Of a stretch of DNA of 64,000 nt, positions 1 through 9,789 are shown in pieces. Origin of the DNA: Macrostomum lignano (Eukaryota); assembly GCA_002269645.1 (NCBI GenBank), contig NIVC01000052.1, positions 819,258 to 883,257 on the forward strand, in the 5' to 3' direction. The translations under genes and the position numbers were made by a program. Position 1 is the first letter of the stretch; the number at the start of each line of letters is the position of its first letter. The notes under the pieces are model-generated. The model had not been told where the DNA came from. It saw only the letters and a program-made list of their open reading frames with translations, and did no database searches.

Positions 1-168
1 CTGCCATAAAATTATTAACAAACCTAATTAATTCATAGTTTTTCCAGTCAGATTGATTCTCTTATTTTATTAAAATTTGAAAACCAAATCAAACTGCAAT
101 GGCGATTTTGAATAGCAGGAAAAAATGCGCTTGAAAACCTTCGAAAAGTCACGATTTCTGATTCAAAA

Positions 169-582
169 GACTGCTTCAGTGGAGACAGGACAGCTTCAGT
201 GGAGACAGGACAGCTTCAGTGGAGACAGGACAGCTTCAGTGGAGACAGGACAGTTTCAGTGAAGACAGGACAGCTTCAGTGAAGACAGGACAGCTTCAGT
301 GAAGACAGGACAGCTTCAGTGAAGACAGGACAGCTTCAGTGGAGACAGGACAGCTTCAGTGAAGACAGGACAGCTTCAGTGGAGACAGGACAGCTTCAGT
401 GGAGACAGGACAGCTTCAGTGGAGACAGGACAGCTTCAGTGGAGACAGGACAGCTTCAGTGGAGACAGGACAGCTTCAGTGGAGACAGGACAGCTTCAGT
501 GGAGACAGGACAGCTTCAGTGGAGACAGGACAGCTTCAGTGGAGACAGGACAGCTTCAGTGGAGACAGGACAGCTTCAGTGA
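169..582. repeat. 20-bp minisatellite (CTTCAGTGGAGACAGGACAG)n
   Basis: About 20 near-perfect copies read directly. Confidence 0.95.
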
Positions 583-1129
583 AGATTCTAGGAAAGACAG
601 GACAAGACAGGACAGTAGTGAAACTAAAAACTCCAGTGCCAGTGCAGTGCAGGGAATTTTAATAATTGCATGGAAGAAACTAAACTTTCAGAAGAGGCAG
701 AAAAATTCTGCTCACAAAAGGCTTCCCCGTCTGATTCTTAGATCGTGCTCAGTTCTCCTCTACTCTCCCATTCGCAATACACTTACAATTTCCCTTTCTC
801 GAATCCCTTCTCCTCTTGGCCACTTAACCCATCGGCGTATAAAGTTAAGCGAGCTGAAAAACTCAGCACGATGGTTGAAGTCTGTTTACAATGCTGCATG
901 CAGCGTTTAGAAGGTCGAGTGGGAAAAAAATTTTCACTGTGCCAAATTGATTTTGTTTATCTAGCTTAATGACTTGCTATATATTTAGCTACTTTTATAA
1001 GTAATATGAATCTAAAAATATTTAAAGACGATATTGTGACCTTTAATAAAGATTGCTTTATTCGACGCTGGAAAACGAGTCGCAATCGCTAAGGAGAGTA
1101 AATATTTGGTCATTAGATTATGGAACAAT

Positions 1130-1415
1130 GGAGTGAGGGTAACAAGAGCCAGCAAATCAGTACTGGCGAGAGGGAAGGCGCACAGAGTGGAGTGAGGGTG
1201 CGATAACAAGAGCCAGCCAATCAGTGCTGGCGAGGGAGAAGGCGCACAGAGAGGAGTGAGGTTGCGATAACAAGAGCCAGCCAATCAGTGCTGGCGAGGG
1301 GGAAAGCGCACAGAGAGGAGTGAGGTTGCGATAACAAGAGCCAGCCAATCGATGCTGGCGCGGGGGAAGTCACACAGAGTGGATTGAGAGTGACGAAAGA
1401 TCCAGCCAATCAGTG
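1130..1415. repeat. 64-bp degenerate tandem repeat, most units carrying AGCCAATC
   Basis: CCAAT at 1217, 1281, 1345 and 1406. Confidence 0.85.
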
Positions 1416-1564
1416 CAAAGGAGCAGTTTGAATGCCAAAAAATTATTTTAGTAATCAATTAGCATCAAGTATAAGTTTATAAACAGCGCAGGACGGTCTG
1501 ACGAATTGAACTGACTTTGTGACTAACGATTTACTAGCAATTTGATCTCCTGTAACACTCGCAG

Positions 1565-1804
1565 GTCTACAACATCCCAGAAAGTCAGTGCGATCCAGAG
1601 TACAAGGAGAACTTTCCCCTAAAGATTGTTACCGGCCTGTTAAACTTCTACATTCCACTATCCATCATGTATGTTCTGTACGGCCGGATCTTCAAGGAGA
1701 TTCGCAAGCGCACCCACCTGGAGGAGAAGTTTCACAGCGCCTATCAGCAGTCAGCCGCCACTACTGCCCCCACGGCAAATGGGAAGACGAGTAGTCGTCA
1801 CCTG
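1565..1804 (+). CDS. Histamine H1-like aminergic GPCR, ECL2-TM5-ICL3 exon (TM1-4 exons not found, probably upstream of the window)
   Basis: cgcag|GTC acceptor and CTG|gtaacg donor enclose 240 nt, phase 0. Translation VYNIPESQCDPEYKENFPLKIVTGLLNFYIPLSIMYVLYGRIFKEIRKR matches HRH1 TM5 (FKVMTAIINFYLP). Not in the ORF track. Confidence 0.85.
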
Positions 1805-2339
1805 GTAACGAGCCGACTCATTGTAGGATATTTTTTCTAGAATGCAGGGGATTGCAGGCGTCGTGATTTGACTATGTTGTTGACAAGTCAGAAACGCCGT
1901 AGCGGCCACACAGCAACGTCCCATTATCCACCGCATAGCAACCACATACAACTGGAACCTGTCCTAAGGAGTCTATTTGTGCATGCACATATTTTGCGAG
2001 CTCGTATAAAGCTCTGAAGCTTTTAGCCTGCTTTCAAAAGCAACAGAACTTCTTATGCACCCATACTCTTAGCTAACAACACTAATTTTGAGATAAAAGG
2101 CGGGACATGCAAAAACATAGCCACAAAAGTCAAAGATTTTTCTCCCACTTTTAAGCCAACCACCTTGGCGCAGGAAACACTGGAAATGAGACACCCGCAG
2201 CTGCATATATAAATTAGGCAAATTATGCAACATTTTACACCTGGCACAGTTCCAACATTTCTATCAATAAGTGAGTCTCAGGTAAAAAAAACAGAAAGTG
2301 CATTGCACCGGATCTCCAACACCCGTTCCCAATCATCAG

Positions 2340-3029
2340 GGAGCCGCTCCGATCTCCAACTGCCGCGGAACCGAGAGCCCATCCACCCCAGCTCAGCGGC
2401 CAGACTCAGCCGCCGCCTCCGTGCGCCGCTGTCACACGGAGTTCATCTACGACGAGGCCATCATCGACTGCCAGACCGAACGCATTCGACCCCTGCTGGT
2501 TCGGGCCCCGTGCACCAGCCTTCGCTACACCTGCGCCAGGTGCTTCCCGCCTGACCCGCCCCCACCGCCGCCACCGCCGACTCTGGTATCCAACGACGCT
2601 ATGGTCAGAGAGACGACAGCCGCAGAGGCAGTTGCTATGGCGCCCACCACCACAACAGCAGCAGCAAACTCGGCTCAGGACAATAGCGGGAGCAGTTTCA
2701 AGCGCAGCAGCTCTTTGAAGAAGGACATCAAAGCGGTCCGACAACTTGGCGTCATCATGGGCGCCTTCACCGCCTGCTTCCTGCCCTATTTTGTCATCTT
2801 TGTAGTGGTGGCCTTCTGTCACGACTGCATCAGCAGCGACCTCATGCTGGCGCTCACCTGGGTGGGCTACGCCAACTCAACACTGAACCCGGCCCTCTAT
2901 CCACTTTGCAATCAAACATTTCGCAGAAAGTTCCGCTCGATGCTCGGGCTGCAGGACGGCCTGCCAGCAGCGCCGAACGTGGCGGCACGTCACGGAGCGC
3001 CTCAACCGAGGATAAAGCCGCGTCGATAG
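2340..3029 (+). CDS. Histamine H1-like GPCR, last exon (ICL3-TM6-TM7-helix 8)
   Basis: KAVRQLGVIMGAFTACFLPYFVIFVVVAFC...WVGYANSTLNPALYPLCNQTFRRKF closely resembles HRH1 TM6/TM7 with NPxxY. A phase-0 acceptor atcatcag|GGA at 2339/2340 is inferred. Confidence 0.85.
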   Translation, partial: GAAPISNCRGTESPSTPAQRPDSAAASVRRCHTEFIYDEAIIDCQTERIRPLLVRAPCTSLRYTCARCFPPDPPPPPPPPTLVSNDAMVRETTAAEAVAMAPTTTTAAANSAQDNSGSSFKRSSSLKKDIKAVRQLGVIMGAFTACFLPYFVIFVVVAFCHDCISSDLMLALTWVGYANSTLNPALYPLCNQTFRRKFRSMLGLQDGLPAAPNVAARHGAPQPRIKPRR

Positions 3030-3944
3030 CGTCCGTTTGACATTCCGGAGTTATTTTCACATGTAAATAAGGAATTACCTAAAAGTATAGAAACCGATTT
3101 AAAAAACCCGAAAGCTCTGCTTGGTTCGGACGGATTTCAAATCATAGAATATATTTCTGCAATCCTTGATAATACTTTTGCGCATCCTTCTGAAACATTA
3201 GAATTAGAACGTTCTGTTGCTACCTTGTTTACATTATTGAACCGAAACGACTCGATGAATGAACACTGAATTAGTTAGCTGTGGCTCAGTCCGCTATAGA
3301 GCATCTAGTTAGTTAGTTCGGGAGCTAATCCCGCGGATAATTGACGGTTCAAGCGGCAAAAGCTGATCCAATTAATCCGGCCGGAGAGTCCCCAGGTGGC
3401 AATGCCTAAGCCTGGGCTTACTGGTAGATTGCTATGGGCACTGAGGCAATTGATTTTCTTTGCCTAAGCCTGTCTGTCTGGCATGAAGGCCTCCCACAAA
3501 GGAAGCTATCAATGCAGTACTTGAAGCGCAGGGCAGGGAGCGCTTGAAAAATTTGTCTCTAGGTAACCAAAAGCAGAAAGTGAAAAGTCACTATCCAGCT
3601 TACTCGTTTAGACTGTGAGCTGTGGATAGATTGCTGCAGCTTAGCTTAAATTGTAACCGCATCGGCCAAGAGCTCTTCCTTGAGTAGTCAGGAGCGTGCA
3701 TTTTTACACTTTTAAGCGCCTTTAAGAGTGACCAGATGAGTTGCTAGAAGTGCAGCCAGCCCACTACTTTGGAGCAACAGTACTGTGACTTGATTAAAGG
3801 CATCAGCGCTCTGATTATCGCATTGCTCTTCCGTTCCAGCGGACTCACCTGGGCTCCGTGTAGTTATTTATATTATATAGGCTTGGTAATTTGCCTTTAT
3901 TCAGCACAATATGCACTCAAGGGCTCACAGAACTCCCTCACAAC

Positions 3945-4232
3945 CGAGAGTAGGAAGTAGTGAGTAGGGAGTAGGAAGTAGGAAGTAGGGAGTAGGGAGT
4001 AGGGAGCAGACATCGTAGGCAGTAGGGAGTAGGGAGTAGGGAGTAGGCAGTAGGGAGTAGGGAGTAGGCAGTAGGGAGTAGGGAGTAGGCAGTAGGGAGT
4101 AGGGAGTAGGCAGTAGGGAGTAGGGAGTTGGCAGTAGGGAGTAGGGAGCAGACATCGTAGGCAGTAGGGAGTAGGCAGTAGGTAGTAGGCAGTAGGCAGT
4201 AGGCAGTAGGGAGTAAGGAGTAGGGAGTAGAG
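3945..4232. repeat. 7-bp repeat (TAGGGAG/TAGGCAG)n
   Basis: Read directly. Confidence 0.9.
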
Positions 4233-4965
4233 ATTAGGAGCCTGCTTGCAGAAATCCTGAGTCGGTCGCGGAAGCTTAAAACTTTTTGAATAGTTCAATA
4301 ATTTCTTTCTCTCTTTTTAAAAGTGCAAAAAACGCAAACTTTGCTACTGGTGAAAGAGTAGACGAGCGCATTCATATTTGGTTATTATTAGTATAAGCAA
4401 ATAAACAGCTGCATGCGAGAATCTGCCTTGGCCGTCTCACTTGCAGCAGTCTATTTAGTCGACCTATGCAACGTACCAGACGTTTGCACACTTATAGTGA
4501 ATGCATATTGAATACGCCGTACATAAATAGACCCACTGTAAGACTCGAGACTTAGCAAAAAAAGAGGCGTAAGTTTGAGTCAGCTGATGCCAATATGAGG
4601 CTGGTTCTGTATACGTTGGCTAAGTGCTCAAGTTCGTACGAAGAGTACGTGGCTAATTAGATTGAGCGCAATTTAGACTGTTAGTGAGCCTTAGCGCAGG
4701 GTAAATAAAGCTCATGTTACGCTTTAGGTAGGCGCTGACCACACTCACTATTATATATACCGATATATGAATATGCGACCTAGTTACCGGGTCTGACAAT
4801 CCGGAAAGAAGATCGTACACTAATGGCTGGTCGTTGTAGTCGAATAAGTTGAAGGGGCCAGTCTCGGTTTCTTGTTTTTATTTCTCTATGTTGAGCCAGG
4901 TTGCTTTCTGTAATAATTTGTCTTTTCTAATATGCGTGAAGCTGAGCAAATCCAACATGATTGAG

Positions 4966-5012
4966 CAGCCAATAAATTGAGTCTATTGTAGTAAGAGACC
5001 GTCTTTACGGCC
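4966..5012 (-). ncRNA. Spliced-leader-like sequence (divergent SL RNA copy or pseudogene)
   Basis: Minus strand reads GCCGTAAAGACGGTCTCTTACTACAATAGACTCAATTTATTGGCTG. It shares 12-nt and 15-nt exact blocks with the Macrostomum SL as I recall it (CGGTCTCTTACTGCGAAGACTCAATTTATTGCATG). The terminal ATG and GT donor are absent. Confidence 0.55.
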
Positions 5013-5014
5013 AG

Positions 5015-5280
5015 CCAATCACAGTGGACAGCGGCTCAACCAATAGGAGCTCCGCCAATCACGGTCGACAGCGGCTCAACCAATTTGAAAAACGCTTCAG
5101 GTGCCGCTAGGCGAGCCGAGGCTAGAGGAGGGAGCCAGGCAGAGGGCAAAATAATTACCATTAAATAATTAACAAATAGGGGGGGTAGAGAGAGCCAGCA
5201 CAGCCAATCAGCACACACCGCACAGGGTAGAGCTGATTAGATGAACCAAGGGGGGGAAGGGCAAGAAAGACTGCCCAATC
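5015..5280. promoter_or_regulatory. CCAAT-box cluster
   Basis: CCAAT at 5015, 5040, 5055, 5080, 5204 and 5275. The first four lie in a 40-bp-spaced duplication of ccaatcac..gacagcggctcaaccaat. Confidence 0.45.
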
Positions 5281-5599
5281 GGCGCGCAGAGAAGTTGGGG
5301 TGGGAGGGGGCCGGGCAGCAAAAATGGGATATCACTTGACGCATTATGTACGATGCTTTAGTAACCCTGAATTAAAAATTTGCAACTTGATTTGGCCTGT
5401 TGCCACTTGACTTGAATATGTCGCACTTTAAACTGTAGGCTCGTATATTAATGCTAAAGTTATTTACATTAACTAAATCACCAATAAAAAGTTACTGTCC
5501 TAACTTTAAACTTTGTAGAAATTAATTTATAACTTAACTTCTACGTACTTATTGTAGCATACAAAGGTCATTCACCAGCTCACCAGTTTTTCTAAGAAA

Positions 5600-6010
5600 A
5601 CATGGGGAGGGGTGGGGCAAGCTCAACACCCTGGAATAGGAGGGACCCAGGGGCAGGAAAACAGGGGGGTTGAGGCGAGGCCCAAGCCCAACACCCTGGA
5701 GGAGGAGGGACCCAGGGGCAGGAAACAGGGGGGGAGGGTTGGAGGCGAGGCCCAAGCCCAACACCCTCGATGAGGAACTGAAGGGCAGGAAAACATGGGG
5801 ATGGGGCGAGGCCCAAGCCCAACACCCTGGAGGAGAAGGGACTCGGGGGGCAGGAAAACAGGGGGTGGGGGCGAGGCCCAAGGCCAACACCCTCGATGAG
5901 GGACTGAAGGGCAGGAAAACATGGGATGGGGCGAGGCCCAAGCCCAACACCCTGGAGGAGGGACTCAGGGGCAGGATTACAGAGGGGTGGGGGTGGGGCG
6001 AGGCCCAAAC
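5600..6010. repeat. ~60-bp GC-rich degenerate tandem repeat (GGCGAGGCCCAAGCCCAACACCCT core)
   Basis: About 6-7 copies of the core. Confidence 0.85.
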
Positions 6011-6491
6011 CCAGACCCACAGATATCTGTGCCCAGACCTAGCAGAGGGGTTCTAGTTCTAGGTAGGGGCGAAAAAACGAGTGAGCAGAGCTCAGGCAGA
6101 CTAGGCAGGATGCGCAATGTATAACATTGTCTGGCAATTTCATTATATGTAAAACAATGTAATACCGTGTAGCATACATTTATGGTATATTTGTTCGTTT
6201 CATCACACTGTATCAACTTAAGCGTACTGTTTAGCATACATTTAGTATCTACTAAAATATTAGAGATTTAGTATATTGTGAAGGTATATAGTTTATATGG
6301 GTTGCCCTGATGTGGAGCCATTAGAGAGACAATGTGAAAATTTATCTGCTGCCAATGCCAACACCATCAGATAGCAGATGAAGAATACGGTACAAAGTAC
6401 AAACGAGCTATCAAATTGACCAGTTTCTTTGAACAAACACGGAGACCAGCATTTCAGCAGACGTCAATCCATTCAGCTGAAAGGCAAAAAA

Positions 6492-8240
6492 TCAAGCCTC
6501 TGTGTTCAGGTGGCAGCCGATGCAAGCTGAAGGTGAGCAGCCGTTTGCGCACTTGACGCCAATAGTCTTGGACGCCTCAGGGCCCTCGTCATCGTCCATT
6601 AGGCGCAGCGTAGTCGTCGGCGTCGCCGTCTGCTTTGGAATCGTCCCGGTCGCCTCCGACTCCTCTCGCGCCCGACCGAGCTCCGCTCCGCGCCTCAGCC
6701 GCTGCCGTCGCCGCCGAGCCGTCAGACTGCACGTGAGAGCCGCTGCGGCCGTCCAGAGGAAGCCCACGCCGATCAGGACCCACTGGCCCCAGGTAGCCGC
6801 CCGAATTGGTGTCAGCAGGTGCAGACGAAACAGCGCAGCCTTGCCCGGCTCGATCTTGGCGCTTTCATTCAGCCACATTAGCGGCATCAGCAGCAGGGAG
6901 GTATTGAGTCGCTCAGTCTGTTCGAAGCCCGGCACCCGCTGGACAATGACGCTGCTCTGCATCTTGCGCTGCGCGCTCAGCACGAAGCCCGTGTTTGGCT
7001 CCACGTTCACCACCGTTTCCAGATCCGGCGTTGGGTCGAGCCCTGTTACCGCCGTCTGATAGGCCGGGGCTCCGAAAAAGTGAGGCGACGATACCACGAT
7101 GGGGACATTGTGCTGGCAGGTGGTAACGTTCAGCACGCCCGAATCGAGGCAATCCGGCTGGCAGAAGGCCTGGTTCGGCGGCCACAGTGTCGCATTCATC
7201 AGCAGCTCTGGGGGCGGGCGGAACCGCAGTACCGGGATGCCTTCAACAGTGCCCGAACCGTTGTACACAATGTCTATGGGCCGGCAGATGTCCGGTACGA
7301 ACAGGGTTAGCCTGTCAGCTGGCCGCACAGGCGGCGGGAACATGCTGCCGTCTGTCCCGGCCACTCTGTTGGCCCAGTCCTGGCTCCACAAGCTCAGCCG
7401 ATCGACACCTTTCCACCGTTCAACCTGATTGAAAAGGCTCAGGTTCTGTCTGCCGGTGTTGACCAGCATGCAGCCTTTGTCCGTGTCGTTCTGACCGGCG
7501 AACAGACCAGTTGTCGACTGGAATCTCTGGTTTGGACTCAACATTTTGACAAGAGACTCAATCTTGGCTAGGCCGGGATCTCGATAGCCCAGCAAGATCT
7601 CTCCCGCTGAGCGGGTGACAAACAGGCCTCCGCTGTACTCGCGCAGGTAGCTGTCAACCATCTTGCGCAGAAAGATGGACTCGAATCTCATCTGGAAGCT
7701 GGTCACCAGGTAGGGCATGTTGACGGAGGTGACTTGAAAATCCCTGAGATCGCCAACTGACAGGTCCGGCCGGAATCTGTACCGGAGGAACTCGCGGTAG
7801 GACACGGTGCCGTTCTCGTGGAACTCGATGTCCCTCTTCTGTCTGGTCTCGACAAAGGTGAAGGGGCCCAGCTGCTCCAGAGCGGGCGCGGCCCCGGCCT
7901 TCACCACAGCGCTCGGATTCGTGACGTTGAACAGCCACACCTGGAATAGGATCTCGGTGGGAACTTTCTCCCAGCCCTGGTAGGACATGGACCCGTTAGC
8001 CAATGGCATCACCGCCTTGAGATGGTCGCTGAACACTCGATCGAATCCCAGAGCTACGGCGGCGCCGAGAACTACGCAGGCGATGGCGGAGGCGATGCAG
8101 ACTCCGGCGCAGCAGCGGCGCAGGCAGCTGGCACGATGTCGCCGACGGCGGCTCAGCGACCTGCTCTCCACCTCACTGGCGCTGGCGTTGGTCGACGCTG
8201 AGGAAACTGAGGTATTCATGGGTGCAGCTGGTGCAGCCAT
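6492..8240 (-). CDS. CD36/scavenger receptor class B family protein (SR-BI/LIMP-2-like), intronless, 582 aa
   Basis: N- and C-terminal TM helices. Family motifs: FNVTNP, LEQLGPFTFVE, ENGTVSYRE, GTDGSMFPP, LFVPDICR, SSPHFF, VEPNTG, PLMWLNES. Confidence 0.95.
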   Translation of the reverse strand: MAAPAAPMNTSVSSASTNASASEVESRSLSRRRRHRASCLRRCCAGVCIASAIACVVLGAAVALGFDRVFSDHLKAVMPLANGSMSYQGWEKVPTEILFQVWLFNVTNPSAVVKAGAAPALEQLGPFTFVETRQKRDIEFHENGTVSYREFLRYRFRPDLSVGDLRDFQVTSVNMPYLVTSFQMRFESIFLRKMVDSYLREYSGGLFVTRSAGEILLGYRDPGLAKIESLVKMLSPNQRFQSTTGLFAGQNDTDKGCMLVNTGRQNLSLFNQVERWKGVDRLSLWSQDWANRVAGTDGSMFPPPVRPADRLTLFVPDICRPIDIVYNGSGTVEGIPVLRFRPPPELLMNATLWPPNQAFCQPDCLDSGVLNVTTCQHNVPIVVSSPHFFGAPAYQTAVTGLDPTPDLETVVNVEPNTGFVLSAQRKMQSSVIVQRVPGFEQTERLNTSLLLMPLMWLNESAKIEPGKAALFRLHLLTPIRAATWGQWVLIGVGFLWTAAAALTCSLTARRRRQRLRRGAELGRAREESEATGTIPKQTATPTTTLRLMDDDEGPEASKTIGVKCANGCSPSACIGCHLNTEA

Positions 8241-8894
8241 TCACTTGAGCTGCTCTGCTCTGCGGGGCTGGTGCGGTGGCAAGCGTTTTTTGTTTTTGCA
8301 GCAAACGAAAGAATTAAATAGAAAAGCTGTAGGGCGGCGTGCGGTGAGGGCAGGGAGCTCCTGTCCAGCTGTTTTTGCGCTTCGCATTCTCTTTCAAATT
8401 CGAGTTCGGCAAACCACTGACCCTCCTATTTTCGTCTATTTTTTTCACTTTTCTGTTGTTCCAAGGCGCTCTATTCTCGGCTACTGGCGATGCGGGGACC
8501 CACAGCGAAGTGAGCAGCAGGCTGAGTCAGTTGTAAAATTAACCTCGGATAGAGAGGGACAGTCTAATTCTCTTTGCTTCGCACTGGCCTTGATGGTGAC
8601 TTGTGCACACTCTGAAACAGATTAGTTAGAACTAGCAATCTAGTGCGGCCCCCCTTCGGGGCGCCCAATAAGAAAGGAGCAAAAACAGTTCATGGAAAAA
8701 AATAAAAAGGCACATTTTCTTAAACACCAATTCCTTCTTCACTTTTAAAAACCATCTTATTCGTGTAAAATTGTCACGGACAAAGATGTTTGCAAAGTGA
8801 AAGAACCACTTTTTCTCTAAAATTAACAACAAACTACAAAATATAGCTTCCCCTAAATAGAAATAGAAAATATTCCCAAGACAGCAAGCACCCC

Positions 8895-9560
8895 CCTCCA
8901 AAAGTAAACGACCGCAGATAGCAAGCATCCTCTAATGCTCATAGCAAGCATCACCCCAGATAGCAAGCATCTGCAGATAGCAAGCATCCCCCAGATAGAA
9001 GCATCCACCCAGATAGCAAGCATTCTGCAGATAGCAAGCATCCCCCAGATATTGTTGAAGCATCCACCCAGATAGCAAGCATCCTGCAGATAGCAAGCAC
9101 CGCCCAGATATTATAGAAGAATCCACCCAGATAGCAAGCATCTGCAGATAGCAAGCACCGCCCAGATATTATAGAAGAATCCACCCAGATAGCAAGCATC
9201 TGCAGATAGCAAGCACCGCCCAGATATTATAGAAGAATCCACCCAGATAGCAAGCATCTGCAGATAGCAAGCATCCCCCAGATAGAAGCATCCACCCAGA
9301 TAGCAAGCATCTGCAGATAGCAAGCATCCCCCAGATAGAAGCATCCACCCAGATAGCAAGCATCTGCAGATAGCAAGCACCGCCCAGATATTATAGAAGA
9401 ATCCACCCAGATAGCAAGCATCCTGCAGATAGCAAGAATCCCTAAATAGCAAGCATCCCTGGATAGAAAGAATTCCATACATGTAGCCAGCACCCCCTCT
9501 CCCAAATAGCAAGTATCCCCCCTCGAGAGCAAGCATCCTCCAGACAGCAAGCATCACCCC
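8895..9560. repeat. Composite minisatellite built on CAGATAGCAAGCATC
   Basis: Read directly, with mixed unit lengths. Confidence 0.9.
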
Positions 9561-9789
9561 ACATAATGCAGGCTTGCTCTTGCTCTTGTTGCTAATGCAA
9601 CATTTGACATGTTACCTCCGCTAATGCAATAATCGCTTTCTCAGGTTTTGCAACAATCCACGTCTCAGCGAGCGCAATAATCTCTTTTTTAGACAGCGCA
9701 ATAATCAGCTTCTCAGCTAGTGCAATAATCCTTTACTCCAAGTCCAAAAATCGATGTCTCAGCTAGTGCAATAGCCCTTTATAATCTAG

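Noticed and set aside
6502-8625. Several plus-strand and alternative-frame ORFs over the CD36 gene
   Set aside because: Antisense or frame shadows of GC-rich coding sequence with no recognisable motifs.
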